This document shows positions 26,615 to 43,746 of a stretch of DNA of 64,000 nucleotides, piece after piece. The DNA is from Octopus vulgaris (taxonomy: Eukaryota). Position 1 is the first letter of the stretch; the number at the start of each line of letters is the position of its first letter. Location: positions 113,026,001 to 113,090,000 of the forward strand of contig OX597819.1 of the NCBI GenBank assembly GCA_951406725.2, given 5' to 3'. A program made the position numbers and the translations under genes. The notes beneath the pieces were generated by a model. That model had not been told where the DNA came from. It made no database searches and worked only from the letters and a program-made list of their open reading frames with translations.

Positions 26615-26769
26615 ATGTCTTCTACTATAGCCTCTGGTCAAACCAATGGTTTGTGAGTGAATTTTGTTGACGAAACTATGTGGAAGCCCATCAACTGTTT
26701 TGAACAATACACGCCACTCCCAATAAATTTTTTGCGTGCTCTTTCTTTCGTTTGTCCACACACTCGTAA

Positions 26770-26816
<47 letters not shown>

Positions 26817-27266
26817 CGCTCAATGCCACATGTCTCAATTATAAATATTTTTTTTTATTTAGGAAATGATATATTTTCTATAGATAACACTCAATTTAAA
26901 CAGTGACACACACAGCTGGCACCGAAAAACGAGTCGAAAAACAAATACAATAAAAATAAACAAGGACAAAGCACCACCCAGCAAACTGCAGACATAATAC
27001 CCAATCTATCATCTGTTAATGAAATATCCGTGCAGAGCCATACTTAGTAAAGAGCAGTTTCAATGACAAGCTGAAATAGAAAACACGACATACAGAGAAA
27101 GGTACTGAACAGAGTACGAGCGAAAATGTTATGCCCTAATCCTCTGCTTATTGCAAATGTCATGGATGTGACATGGAACATCAGGGCGAAGATAAATATA
27201 TTGAGCACACTGCCTTTCAACAATCTAAATATATACTGAGAGATATGTCAAAAAAAAACATTTGTG

Positions 27267-27314
<48 letters not shown>

Positions 27315-27613
27315 CTCCTCTGTTTTTGATTATTAAAATTCTTCGTCTAAGGAATGAGAGCTGGTTTCTAACAAAGATACGAAGTTCCAACGTCGCAGAA
27401 AACAATGTCATATTTCAAACTTGGGAAAAGTCTTGCATATTTTTACTGTTCCACTAATAGATGCTGGGAACAAATATAGACACACAAACATATACACACA
27501 CTCATACATACAGCGGGGTGGCGTCATTTGAAGGCTAAAACAATGCGAAGCGCATTGTGACCAGCGATGTGTAGCAACATCTGATAGTCTGGTCGGTCAC
27601 GGTGATCACGGTG

Positions 27614-27659
<46 letters not shown>

Positions 27660-28242
27660 GACGAGCTTCTTTCAGTTTCTGTCTACCAAATCCACTCACA
27701 ATGCTTTCGTCGGCCCGAGGCTATAGTAGAAGACACTTGCCCAAGGTGCCTCGCAACGGGACTGAGCCCGGAACCATGTGGTTGGTAAGCAAGCTACGTA
27801 CGACACACCCACCCCTACGCCTGTATGTATGTATAATGTGTAAGTATATTGTTGAGTTGTCATTTTTATTGAGCAAATCTCATTCAGTTATATACGATTT
27901 CCTATAATATATTTGACAAGCAAATGAAATAATTACCATTTGCGTACTGGTATGTAAATGTGTGTGTTTATGATTGTGTACAAATGGTATGTCCTAGTTT
28001 TGTGTCTATATGCACGGCATCGCTACAAATCCTAACACGTACACACACACGCGCGCACACTTAAATGCATACACGCACCCAGCTACACACACACACACAC
28101 CTATGTATATATACATAGTATTTTGTTTAAATCAAGGCAGTTTCTGGGATTTGTGAATATGTAAATGAGATTGTGCGTGCTTATATGTAGCCGCAAATGT
28201 GGATAATGCAATAAGAGTGCATAGCGCTTTCACACACGTGTG

Positions 28243-28280
<38 letters not shown>

Positions 28281-28296
28281 TCATTAATTTCTGTGC

Positions 28297-28606
28297 GAAG
28301 GCGCGTGGTTGAGTGGTTATGGTATTCGGCTCAAGATCGTAATGCCGTGAGTTCGGTTCCCGGTGACGTGTTGTGTCCTTGAGCAAGACACTTTACTTCC
28401 CGTTGCTCCAGTCCACACAGCTGGTAAAAAAAAAATTAGTAATACCTGCATAACAAAGGGTCAGACTTGTCACATTGCGTGTGATGCCGAATCTCCCTCC
28501 CTGACAACTACGTCGAGGTTCTCAAGTCAGTGGAGTTCTCAGCCACTTGCACGTTAATTTCACGAGCGGGTTGCTTCGCTGGCCAGATCAATTGAAATCC
28601 TCGTTG
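28297..28606 (+). mobile_element. SINE family D
   Basis: Head GAAGGCGCGTGG..AGTGGTTA..GAGTTCG, then CCTTGAGCAAGACACTT; 3' body shared with 57206-57594. Confidence 0.8.
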
Positions 28607-28879
28607 TTTGTGCATGCGGGCTTGTCATCTGCACACCTGATTGCAGATATACGTTCGACTCAGGAACTTCAAATAGAGAACCTCTAGAATGTTTGACGAA
28701 TTTTCAATGTACCCCTACTTGGTTATATTTAGAGGATGCAAATCATTTCACTTTTATATTTCTGGGAGAATCCAGTATTTCTAGGCTTTTATGCTAACCT
28801 ATTGTTACATTACCCAAAGGACTGCAAGCTTTTCATTAATTCTCCTTTCCTCTAATATCGGATGAGTTATTCGCATTCA

Positions 28880-29180
28880 GGAGGCGCAATGTCCCAGTGT
28901 TAGGGCAGCTGACTCGGGGTCAGAGGATCGCGGTTTCGATTCCCAGACAGGGTGTTGTGCGTGTTTATTGAGCGAAAACACTTAAAAACCCCACGAGGCT
29001 TCGGCAGGAGGTGGTGGTGACCCCTGTTGTACTCTTTCGCCACAACTTTCTCTCACTCTCTCTTCCTGTTTCTTGAGTAACGCTGCGATGGACTGGCGTC
29101 CCGTCCAGCAGGGGGGAACACATACACCACAGAAACCGGGAAACCGGGCCCATGAGCCTTGCTAGGTTTGAAAAGGGCGA
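28880..29180 (+). mobile_element. SINE family C with V-domain-like body
   Basis: Head GGAGGCGCAATG.CCCAGTG.TTAGGG..GTTTCGATTCCC; CTGCGATGGACTGGCGTCCCGTCCAG at 29083-29108. Confidence 0.8.
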
Positions 29181-29214
29181 CGTGTATCGTATCGTTTTTA
29201 TCCGCATTCAACGG

Positions 29215-29620
29215 AGAGCTGGCCTCTGCAATCGTGCAAGACTAATATTTCCTGTCTTATAGAACATAAGATTTATTATGTTTAAACCAGGTTGCTGTTT
29301 TTATTGAAATACTCTAATACTATTTTTGTTTTTAAGGATGTGGATACATTTTTATTCTTGTGTCCCTTGGTATGGTCATCGGAACAATTCATCTGACGGA
29401 TAGCACTGTAAATAGTCTTAACCATAATATTTTGTCTCATAACAAGATAATACGATGCAAATATGTTTGGACCGCTGAAGGTGTTGTGGGTAATATTTAC
29501 TACGCTAGCACAATTATCATTCATTTTGTATCACAACTTGGAGGCTTAGAGATTTCCTTATCTCCCTTCTTGATGAAGAATTTTGAAGCAATCTCCTCTT
29601 ACGCAAAGGCGTAGCCTTCT
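29215..29620 (-). pseudogene. Possible heavily decayed Penelope GIY-YIG region
   Basis: Frameshifted motifs in the expected order: KGD.IS, C..KYYG*T, LSVR..DH, IAEA. Confidence 0.35.
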
Positions 29621-29921
29621 TGGCGAGATGTTGTATATCTTTCTCATGTCTAGGAAAGGTTGTTCTTCCTGTCAATGTTGCTGGTATGTATGTTATCTTA
29701 ATACTTAGAGAACTTGGTTTGTGTATCGCGAGTTTTACAGGCGAAGACTGTTGGGGCGAGATAGATAAATCTTGAAAACAGGAAGGAAAATGAGAAAGAA
29801 ACTCCGAAATTTCAAGAGGGGGAGTGGGAGAAGTAAAGATACAGCATATCAAGGTAATCGCTCAAGCAAGCGGCCTTATATAGTCATGTGTGTGTGTGTG
29901 TGAATACAGGTGTCATAACAA

Positions 29922-29992
<71 letters not shown>

Positions 29993-31043
29993 AATAATAA
30001 TATGCTCTCTCCCTCTAAAGCGACATATGAGCGTTCAGCTTTTGCTGAATGACCTGCACAAATGATATGGTTATTGTGATTAAATAGTCGTGCCGCACAT
30101 TAGCTCTGTACCATGTCTGTACTAGTAGATGTTTAAAACACACATTTTTAATCTAAAGGTAGGTTCAAACGACTCTGTGGGTTTGCAGCTCTATTCGATC
30201 TGTGATTGATTGAATAAACAGACACCCTGTGACAGGCGCTCTCAGCTACTTCCGATTGTCAATTATATAATGTAGCCGCCACCATGTTTAATTGAGTTAC
30301 TCGAGTTCCTTGTCTCGCTTCTTTAAAGGACACCCGACATGCAGTTTCGCTCTATCGCATTAATGCTGGTCCCTCTCACGCAAGGACATCCTTCTTCCAC
30401 GTGCGCCGGCAGTATAGACCAAACTCAATGCCGTTATCTCATGCTAACTAGAAACACTTCTATTAAGTCTCTTTCTATACACACAAAGCACAACTAATGT
30501 CTTCACACATTCATTCACTGCTACCACACTACAGACATCTCTAAAAAACATTAACATTGTATTTAACCCACGCTGCTGCGAATAAACTTTACAATGTTAA
30601 AGTTGAGCCTGTCCATGTATCTTTGCAACCAACCACCGTTGAGTTCCGTCCGTCTGTCTCTATACCAATCACTATTGAACGAACACACAGACACATTGAA
30701 TAGACAAGTTGCCACCGCCGACATCGTCAACGAGACTGTGAGCGCTCCATCGTGTTATAGCAATAAACCTACTAAAATGGTGACCTCAGAACTTTATATT
30801 CTTATAGCAAACCCTCCTCAGTAACGCTCACTCCCTCCATCAAATTAACGTTGTCTGAACAGGTGGATGTGATCGCAGAGCAACACGAGATGAAGTGTTT
30901 TGCTCAAGAACAAAACGCGCCGCCCGGTCAATGAATTGAAGTCACGAACTAAAGAGTGCAACACCCTAACCACTAGGTCATGCGGTCTCATCTTTAGAGT
31001 TTTAACAACAACAACAATAATAATAATAATAATTATTATTATG

Positions 31044-31123
<80 letters not shown>

Positions 31124-31136
31124 TGTTTTGTCTTAG

Positions 31137-33138
<2,002 letters not shown>

Positions 33139-33165
33139 CAACAACAACAACAACAATAATAATGA

Positions 33166-33565
33166 TGAGGCTGGATATAGTAACTTTTGGGAGGGACAAA
33201 CAAGGGTGCCTATTAATCGACGTGGCTGTACCAGGAGATCAACATACTACCATAAAAGAAAGAGAAAACGTCGACAAATATGGCGACCTGAAAATTGAGA
33301 TCACCCTGATGTGGCAGCTGCGACAGTCAAACATAGAGGTTATCCCTATTGTCATCAGATCATTGGGTTCAGTACCACCCAACCTGAAAAAACATCTGGG
33401 CACTTTAGAAATACCCTACAATTTTGGTGTATTGCAACAAATCGCTTTACCTGAAACTGCTTGCATATTGCGTAAAGTACTGTCTGTCGGAAATCCTTGT
33501 TGTGACTTGACAGACAGTACAAATCCTCGTTAGACACTGTATCTTCAATCTACAACATCACAATA
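33166..33565 (+). mobile_element. Second, divergent R4/Dong RLE 3' fragment
   Basis: RLDIV..CLLIDVAVPGD..KYGDLKIEI..IPIVI..LG..TACILRKVL. Confidence 0.85.
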
Positions 33566-33655
33566 ATGGATACTGTGCGACGTCTTCAAGGCCTGCAAAT
33601 TGGTGGTAAGGGGACTAGTCGATGACATCGATTGCAGTGCTCAAGTAATACTTGT

Positions 33656-33873
33656 TGGCAGAATCGTTAGCACGGCAGGCCAAATGCTTCGCGGCATTTC
33701 ATCCGTCTGCGCGTTCTGAGTTCAAATTCCGCCGAGGTCGACTTTGCCTTTCATCCTTTCGGGGTCGATAAATTATGTACAAGTGACGCACTGGAGTCGA
33801 TATAATCGACTTAATCCGTTTGTCTGTCCTTGTTTGTCCCCTCTGTGTAGCCCCTTGTGGGCAGTAAAGAAAT
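33656..33873 (+). mobile_element. SINE A monomer nested in an older antisense SINE A (33590-33980), 13-bp TSD
   Basis: AAGTAATACTTGT at 33643-33655 and 33874-33886. Confidence 0.88.
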
Positions 33874-35322
33874 AAGTAATACTTGTTTTATCGATCCCAA
33901 CAGGATAAATGGGGAAGTTGAGTACCTTCGGAATTTGAACTCACAACGCAAAGACGGACGAAATGCCGCTAAGCATTATGTCCACGCACAAACACACAAA
34001 CACGACTGAGAACAATACCTCCGCCTTCGCTAAGGTGGAGGTCGCTATGGCGGAGGTAATAAAGAATAAACAAATGTCTCTTTCACCAGTGAAGTATTGA
34101 ATCATCATTTTAATTGATTTGGTAACACCGACAATAAAGTTTCTGTTTCTTTACCTTGTCGTCCATTTCTCATCTCCCTCCATTCTTATTCATACATTCA
34201 TACATATATACAAACATACAAACATACATACATGCATACACACTCATATGTATGTATGCATATGTATGTACATTAGCGCTTATACACACATATGTATACA
34301 TATACCTACATACACACACTATACATATACATATATATATACATATACATATATATATGCATATTGGATGCTTATATATACAAGCACCCTCCACACACAT
34401 ATAGGTGCAGGTGAGTGGTTATTTACATGCATATACACAATTGTGTGTATATATATATGTATATATATGCGCATACATTCATGCAAAGGCGTATAATTAT
34501 GCATAGACATACATATGTACATGTATACATATATCCAAATATTCGTGGACACATACATATATACAGGCATGCATAGATACACAGGTACATACATACAAAC
34601 ATGCTCATACTCACACACACACGCATACACACACACAAGCACACACATACACATATAATTATATCGTCTGCATAATGTAACACTCCCGGTGATCATTGTA
34701 CCATTGTGCTGAGAATTGCACAAAACCGAGTATCTCATTGGCTCTTCGCATTCACGTGACTTACACTACATGACGTTTAAGCAACAGAAGACGTCTATGC
34801 CTGCGATTGTGTATGCGTGTATTTGCTCGTCTGTATTTGCATTTCCTTTGTGCTGTCTCGTTACGCGTGCATGCGTGTGTACGTTTGTGCATGTGTAGTG
34901 TGCGTGTATGTGTCTATGTACTTGAGTCATTGTACAAATTCTCTTATGTAACTAAGAAGGCCATTCACTAAACAATGTTATCTGCCTATCTAACACACAC
35001 TTAGTGTTGTGTGTTTTTACGCTTATATATTCTCGTTTCGTTGTCTTGTTTTATTACAATTATCTGTATGTCCTTGTGTTGTCCCCCTAATTCATTGCCC
35101 TTGTGGGAAATGAAACGAATAGTTGTTTATTTGTTTGTTTTTTTTTTGTGCTGGTTTTGTTTTGGTTTCTTCTTGTTGTTTTTTGGGTTTTTTTAGGATA
35201 AATATATGTTTTATACATTTAGGCGTTATTTTTAGGCTCTTGTTATTTGCTATATCGTAGCAACCACTGAATTTTGGAATAGCATTTGAACGTGTGAACC
35301 TACGAGCATACAAACATGTATA

Positions 35323-35355
<33 letters not shown>

Positions 35356-35481
35356 GTATATATATATATATGCATACATTATTACATACATATATATATA
35401 TATGTATGTATATATGTGTGTGTATATAAATATATATAAACAAAATATATGTACATATATGTATGCATGTATGTATGTATG

Positions 35482-35528
<47 letters not shown>

Positions 35529-35721
35529 ATATTTATATATACATATAGACATGTATGTATGCATGTATGTACGTATGTATGTATATATGTATGTATGTAT
35601 GCATGTATGTATGTGCGTCTATGCATGCACATACGCACACTCACATACATACAATTAGGGAGTTATTCCTGCACTTTTTTATTGCATTTTGTATGCTGCT
35701 TTATATATGTGTGTGGTTGTG

Positions 35722-35776
<55 letters not shown>

Positions 35777-36254
35777 GAAGATAGATTTGTATATGTATGT
35801 TATCCGTTGTCTCTTTTCCAATTGTGCATGTGTAGCCTTGACGTTGAGTCTTAAAACAGCCACAGCCAGTGACTTGAATTAATTATTGATCTAAATGTGT
35901 GAGAGAGAATTTACGTCCAGCTGTAGATTTGATGATTAACTGTTAGTTAAACAATGAAGGACGTAGGAGAGCAATATGTTTGTTTGAAATGAAGACATTT
36001 TTTAATGGATGCTTTTTTTTAAAATTGTCTATGGTAATGGGAGCGCTTGAACTGTGCAAAACGTCGCACCTTTTGTAGCAGCGACTCATATTAGGAAGGA
36101 CATCTATCAAAGTTGATCTCAAATCTTGCCGGTTTTTCACGAACGGTAATCACTTTGTGAAAGAGTAAGCGGTGATCCAGGAAATTTATCAGCGCATTGT
36201 TCCTGAAGTCTCTAAAAGATGTAGACATAAAGGTTCGTGTTAAATTATTTTAAA

Positions 36255-36461
36255 ATATTGGTCTCAAATTTTGGCACAAAGCCAGCAAATTCGGGGTTAG
36301 GAATTAAGTCGATAAATTAGATACCGCTGCTCGATTGGTACTTAATTTATCGACTCTGAAAGGATGAAAAGCAAAGTCGACTTCGGCGGAATTTGAACTC
36401 GGCACGTAAGGACGCTAAGCATTTTACCCGGCGTGCTTACGATTCTGCCAATTCACCGCCT
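36255..36461 (-). mobile_element. SINE A variant
   Basis: Family A head and body. Confidence 0.8.
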
Positions 36462-36899
36462 AAAAATGACTTTCGTAATATTGAAGTTGCATCATAGATT
36501 GTTACTAAATTCGTGCCGTGTCTACTAACAGATGAACAAAAAGAAATACGAGTCACAACACAATTAGCCAAGAGCTGTTTGATCTTTCGAATCATGTTGG
36601 CAACTGATTGAAAGGTCAGTGATGTTGCATTTAGCTGGCAGGCTGAACGAAAATTATTAGCGACGAATTCTTATTCAGCCAGCCGGTTAAATGCAGCATC
36701 AGTGGCCTTTTAATCGTTGTTTCTTCTACAACTTGCTGTTGGCATTTGCTTGACATGAGGTGACGTGGATATTTACTGCTGGTGTGCCTAACGAATAGAA
36801 ATCCTGATCCAGCAATTTTGATCACCTATGCTGGGTGACCTTCGCCTGCTGCTGATATCTTTATGTGTTTTTTAACACTATACGTCTATGTTTAGAAGG

Positions 36900-37660
36900 T
36901 CTTCAACATATACACACTCTAAGTAAAATGCAGTAGTTAGGGCGAAGCGTTGTGTGATATTAAATTTAAAGAACCTTGCTGGGTAAGGCCAGAACAATGC
37001 AAGATGAAAAGTAAACTACTAAAAGAAAACAAAACTAAGTTTGTGCTTTACTTTATATTTCTATAATTTGGGATGATGGCCCCTTCTTCAGTATATGTAA
37101 ACAAGCGAGGAATGTAAAAAATGGCCGTTGCTCAGATGTGTGGGGAAGGACGGTGTTTCTTTAGTAACCAGCCTGCTTCATGTGGCTCTTTTTTATTGTT
37201 TACAGCTGGTCTCAGTTTGTTGATAAGATGGGCCTCCATGATTTTGAGTTTGCCTCTATTGCGTTGAGTGGCCCTGGTGGATAGCATGAAATCCTGGGTC
37301 TCGCACTTCCATAGGCGTTTTTTTTATCAAAGTGTCTGTGTGAACGTGTTCCTTGATGTGAACGTGTTCCTTGATGTGAACGTGCAGTTTTTTTGGTGGT
37401 GGTCCCTATGTAGGATGCTCCATATTTACTGTGGACTACCGCATATACTACATAGGTTTTCGAGTACATTTTATAGTTATTCTTGGGGAAATTAGGTAGT
37501 GTTTACCCACGATGCTACCTGTGGTATAATTTCTAGGCTGAAATTTCCCTGGGGATGGACTGATGTGCATCATCTGTATGCTAAGTCCCTCCCTGCGGAT
37601 CGCATGTTGCATAGCAGCAGCGGTTCTGTCGTCAAAATAAGGCTGTTTAAGAAGCACATA
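36900..37660 (-). mobile_element. Penelope-like element relic: GIY-YIG domain followed by terminal repeat with degenerate hammerhead
   Basis: PY..; VVY..YIGTT (37451-37398); HIKEH with an 18-bp tandem duplication; LKIMEAHLINKLRPAVN; CUGAAGA AGGGG..UCCC at about 37090-37068. Confidence 0.8.
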
Positions 37661-37664
37661 TCAG

Positions 37665-38003
37665 ACCTGGGAAAAGAGAGATATACTATGATATACTTAT
37701 GGAAAATCCTGGAGGAACATGTTCGAAATTTTAGCAGCAGAGAGAACGTTAATGTACGAACTTGTAGATACTGTCAGCTTCCAAATATACCATCATCGAA
37801 ATCGAGAGCAAAAACACTTTATTGTACTAATCTGATATTTAAAGGTCCTCAATTGTTCAACTGCATACCTAAGGAAATCATAAATACAAAAAGGCCCTCT
37901 ATTGAAAAATTCAGAGCAACATTAGATAAACTTCTAACGATGATACAGGGCCAGCTAACCATTGAAAGATACACTCAGGAAAGATCAGCTGCAACAAGCT
38001 TAA
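37665..38003 (+). mobile_element. CR1/L2-group LINE ORF2 C-terminal relic
   Basis: ERY..IY.WKILE..V.N..GPQLFNCIP..F...LDKLL. Confidence 0.75.
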
Positions 38004-38122
38004 CCATGCGTGTGTGTGTGTGCGAAATTGTAATGATCTTTTGGACGTTGACTGATGAGGAATTAGCTACGAATTTTGTGTTATGTTTTTGTAAAATTTT
38101 TGAAATCTCTCTCTTTCTCTTT

Positions 38123-38176
<54 letters not shown>

Positions 38177-38441
38177 ACACATGCATGCATATATATATAT
38201 ATATATATACATGCGTGCATACATACATACATACATACATACATACATACATGCATGCATATATATATATTTGCACGCATACGCACACACACTCATATCT
38301 GCCTTTCATTTATTGAGGAAACAATTACGCTCTTCATCGGTGGTCCTTATCTATTTAAAAGGGAATGTTCGTGCCGTATGCTGGAAATCACAAACTGTAT
38401 GTCATTAGACAGTTGTTTTGCATAATGAGGATTAGTAACAG

Positions 38442-38499
<58 letters not shown>

Positions 38500-39236
38500 C
38501 GTGGTGGTGTTGGTGGTGGTGTCCGTAGGTGTAGTAGTGCTGCCAGTTGCGGTGGGAGGGCGAAATGTGACTGGACTGAAAAATCGCCGGCTACTCCATT
38601 TTTCTTCTTTTTGTTTTATTATTTTAGACTTTACACAGGTATATATGGGCGAGTGAGAGAACTATATCGGAATATATGGTGTGTGAAGCAATGATGTCTA
38701 AAATATTCCTAAACAGTACCTGTTCAGGAATATTTTAGACTTAAATCAAAATACGTTAGTGTTGTATAGACCGAAATAGCAATAGAAAACTTCACTGGGA
38801 GATGAAAGGTAATATATAAGGTTTCGTGGGTGTTTTCTCTTTTGCTTTTGTTGTTGTTTTTGAAAGATTATATAAACACACACACACGCACATACATACA
38901 CACACACACGCGCACATACACACACACACACACACGCACATACATACACACACACACATAAATAAAGATGTTTTATTACAGAGTATTTCAATGTATGGGG
39001 TTTTAATTTTTGCACACAAATGAAGTATTGAATTAAAATAGGCATTTAGGTATCATACCTAGCGTATAGACATCGTATATATTGAGATTCTGCGGTTCTC
39101 GTCCAAGATATAATTTCCTATATTTGTGCTGTGTCTATGAGAGATATTATCCGTTATATCTTGTCTGTCAGCAATATGAAGTGTTCAGTATAACAAATAG
39201 AAAACCCATGCTGTTTTATGCTATGTCATTCCTACC

Positions 39237-39470
39237 TGAAAGCGTGTGGCTCGGCTGTTAGGGCTATTTGACTGAGGATCGTAAGGTCGTGAGTTCGATA
39301 CGTGGGCGGTGTGTTGTGCCATTGAGCAAGATACTTGTTTCACGTTGATCCATTCAGCTGGAAAAAATGAGCAGTACTTCTATTTCAAAGGACAATCCTT
39401 GTCCCATTACGTGTCACGCTGAATCTCCCTGAGAACTACGTGAAGGGTACGCGTATCTGTGGAGCGGCTA
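39237..39470 (+). mobile_element. SINE family D
   Basis: Homologous to 28297-28606. Confidence 0.8.
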
Positions 39471-39504
39471 GTAAATTGTACTTAGTCACAGACGGTCAAT
39501 TAAA

Positions 39505-39637
39505 TATATTATTTAAAATAGTTTGATTGGACTTCATGCGAATTAAAAATTCGTCGGCTTCTTACAGAAACCTAGCACGCCGGGCTCAGTTAATGGAGAG
39601 AATGGAGAGATGAATGAGGTCCAAGATGGCTACCGGA
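39505..39637. repeat. Dispersed repeat end; longer copy at 41138-41485
   Basis: About 130 bp almost identical, both starting TATTATTTAAAATAGTTTGATTGGACTTCAT. Confidence 0.85.
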
Positions 39638-39771
39638 ATAATAAGTGCTGGGGTTGATTTGCTCGACTAAAGGCGGTGCTCCAGCATGGCCGCAGTCAAA
39701 TGACTGAAACAAATAAAAGAAAACAAGATAGATAGATATGCAAATATTGATATATGTATGTATACATACAA

Positions 39772-39826
<55 letters not shown>

Positions 39827-40495
39827 AGAGAGATTGTTGTTTTAATTGTATCCCGTTGCATTCGGTTTCGACAATTAGAAATCAATAAATATCTGCCAGA
39901 CTGTAGTACGAACAGAGTTCGATATGATCGGCTAACCATTGAAAACCGCATACGAGCATGGCTGCTGTCTAATGACCGAATAAGCGAACAAAAGAATATA
40001 CGTATGCGTGTGTGTGTATGTGTGTGTGTATGTGTGTATGTGTGTGTGTGCGCGGCCTTAATTGACCGTCTGTGACTAAGTTCTTTGTGATGAGTTGGCA
40101 TAGGGTTATTTTCTTACGTAAGAGTGGGGCAGCTTGGGTGCGGTTGTGAGTGGGGAGGGGCCGTCGTGACAATGGAGCTAATAGTGTTGATGTTAGTGTT
40201 AATAGTAGTAGAAGTGGTGGAGGCAGTGGTGGTGGTGGTGGTGGCGGCGGCGGCGGCGGCGGTGATGGTGGTGATGGTGTCAGTAGCTGTAGAAGTTCTA
40301 ATAACGGTAGGGGTTAGCGGTTGTGACAGAACATATGGTGGAGATAGCAGTAATGGTGGTGGTGGTGGTGGTAGTAGTAGAGATGGTGGTGGTTGCATTA
40401 CTGCTGCTACTGTGGGTGGTGACGGAGAGTGACAAGTGCTGCAATACGTCTGATGATACAGAAGAGGTAATGGAAGTGCATTTGGTGGTGGTGGT

Positions 40496-40535
<40 letters not shown>

Positions 40536-40784
40536 CAGCAGCAACATCACAATTGATGTCCTCAGTATTTAGGTAGTGGTAGAGGTGCTTATGTTCTAAA
40601 TGGGGCAGTTTTACGGTAGTGATGGTGGTGGTGGTGATGGTGGTGGTGGTGGTGATGGTGGTGGTGGTTGATGATGATAATGGTGTTGGTGGTTGCGGTG
40701 GTAGTGGTTGGTGATGGTGATGTAATATAAATGTCCCAGTTTATTCAGACAATTGTTTCAGTCTATGTTGAGGGGCTCGCAAAT

Positions 40785-40929
<145 letters not shown>

Positions 40930-40931
40930 TA

Positions 40932-41014
<83 letters not shown>

Positions 41015-42083
41015 GGCGGCGAGCCGGCAGAATCGTTAGCGCGCTGAATAAAAACATTAGCTGTATTTCGCCCCTCGCTACGTTCTGAGTTCAAATTCTG
41101 CCGATATCATCTTTGTCTATATATGTATATATATATATATTATTTAAAATAGTTTGATTGGACTTCATGCGAATTAAAGTTTCGTCGGCTTCTTACAGAA
41201 ACCTAGCACGCCGGGCTCAGTTAACCGAATGGAGAGATGAATGAAGTCCAAGATGGCTACCGGAAATTGGGCTGAGATTGCTCAAAGCAAGTCACAGGGT
41301 GTTGTTAGAAGTTAGATGCATATTGCAGCGACACCAGATACATCAAAAGGGAGAATTTCTTGGAGTGCATGGCTGAACATGAAGCTTTTGCTCCCTCGAT
41401 GTCTGGTCGGTCTTTAAAGGGGCAGGCGAGAATGCGTATTACTCGATGTATAAACGCGTAGGTGTGGTGTCCGATGCATGCCTATATATGTACACATATC
41501 TATATATGTGTGTGTGTGTATTTATATATGTGTGTGTGTGTTTATGTATGTATGTAAAGGTTTTGAAACATATACAAGTATCTTATAATAGTTCTGCTTG
41601 TTCTTCTGTTATTTAGCCCGTCCGTAACGCTTTCACGGGATTAGTTGGGGGGGGAGGAAGGGGGATGGGGATGAGGGGGGAATGGGGAGGAAAGGGAGGG
41701 AGGGAGAGAGGTGGTGGTGAGTAAAATGTGTAATTTTTTCTAAGATTTTGTTTTTTACTTCCGTTACTTAGCTCGTCTGTAAAATTTTCACTCGATTAGT
41801 TGAAAGGCGAAGAGCGAGAGAAAGAGAGGATAAGGCAAAGAGTGAGAGAGAAAGAGGGAGAGTGCTGTGTATAAAGTCTATAAAATTGTACATAAAGTAT
41901 ATAAAATGCATTAAGTAATCATCGTATTCCAATTTCTTTTACTTTTCAATGAGTAGCAGATGAGCGATTATCATTTGATACAGACACAACACAGGTTACA
42001 CTTTCAAGTCTTTTGGATAAAGTTTCCAGAAATCACCCAAAAAGTTTACCATCAATTCCCTGAAATATTCACGGGTACCACTA

Positions 42084-42138
<55 letters not shown>

Positions 42139-42224
42139 TAATCCAAACAAGAAAACAAAAAGACAACAACGCAAGGATGTGGAACAAATAAAGTATTATT
42201 GGACGCTCAGGAAATAAGGGAAGA

Positions 42225-42274
<50 letters not shown>

Positions 42275-42726
42275 CATGGTTCAGGCATTATTTGATAAAC
42301 AACTCAAAGACAGTAGCGATCAGCCAGAAGGCGAAACTCAGCTAAACTGTCAATTTATATATAAGTGACATACGAACAGACACACATACACACACACAGA
42401 CACACACACACATATATATATATACAGCCGTGCTTCCATGAATGCGCATGCGTGTATGTGTGTGTGCGCGTGCGTGTATGTGTGAGTATGTGCTGGCCCC
42501 GAAAACGTATATATTACCATGACGGAAAGCATACATGATATTATGATATTTATAGCAAGTCTTTGCACGAACATTTTACGTGTAACATTTTTATATGACA
42601 CCTTAAACTAAAAACACTAACACAAACAGTAAAAATTTCTACAACGAAAATTCACAGTTGTTTGTTTATCTCCTCGGCTGATACGTTCAGTGCGAAGGCA
42701 ACAATGATTGATATATACATTCATAC

Positions 42727-42908
<182 letters not shown>

Positions 42909-42964
42909 TACATATATACATATATATATACATTCATATATACATATATATATATAAACATACA

Positions 42965-43005
<41 letters not shown>

Positions 43006-43193
43006 ATATATATACACACACACGTATGTGCATGTATATATGTATATATATATGTGTGTGTGTGTGTGTGTTTATATATATATGTGTGTATATATATATA
43101 ACGGGAAGCTTTATGAAAATAGACAAAAGACGAAGGCAGGTGGAAAACAAACAAACAATTGTATGTATGTATGTTTGCGAATCTGTATGTATG

Positions 43194-43254
<61 letters not shown>

Positions 43255-43746
43255 GCGGATTTTTTTCTTTTTGTTCTTTCTTTTTTTTTAATAAAGACAA
43301 TTTTGTGACCATGGGAATTGAAAAGCAGTGTACCAAATCTTTCAGCGAGGAGAAGCTATCGCATCATCTCCACTCATAACCTTCTTTCATATCTTTTCAC
43401 TCGTCGTCATCATTATATTCTTATACTTGACATTTTATATCGCTTTAGTTTTGTCAATTTCAAGATTTTAACACAAGTGTATATTTCCATATCACTTCAC
43501 TTTGCTTTTAGTTTAGTTTACATCTTCCACTTAAGAGACTGACAAATCTACATATATCATATAGATATACATACACGCACATGCATGCAAGCGTGCATGC
43601 ATACATATATATACATGCATTCATTTATGTTTACATAAAAGAATATATGTATGCGTATGTGTTTGTGTGTATGTATGTATACGTATATATATATATATAT
43701 ATATATACCCCACAACTCCACTTTGTTATATATATATATATATATA

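Noticed and set aside
30330-30400. Minus-strand GAAAC UGCAU GUC half-motif
   Set aside because: No CUGANGA core or stem II partner nearby
34006-34062. TACCTCCGCC..GGCGGAGGTA palindrome, and a Helitron-like hairpin at 41616-41645
   Set aside because: Resemble rolling-circle element ends but are too short to support without the other terminus
36470-36560. KFVPCLLTDEQK mariner-like peptide
   Set aside because: Probably real but under 100 bp; too short to delimit
37499-38425. 308-aa ORF as a gene
   Set aside because: Chimera of antisense Penelope sequence, a CR1/L2 relic and microsatellites
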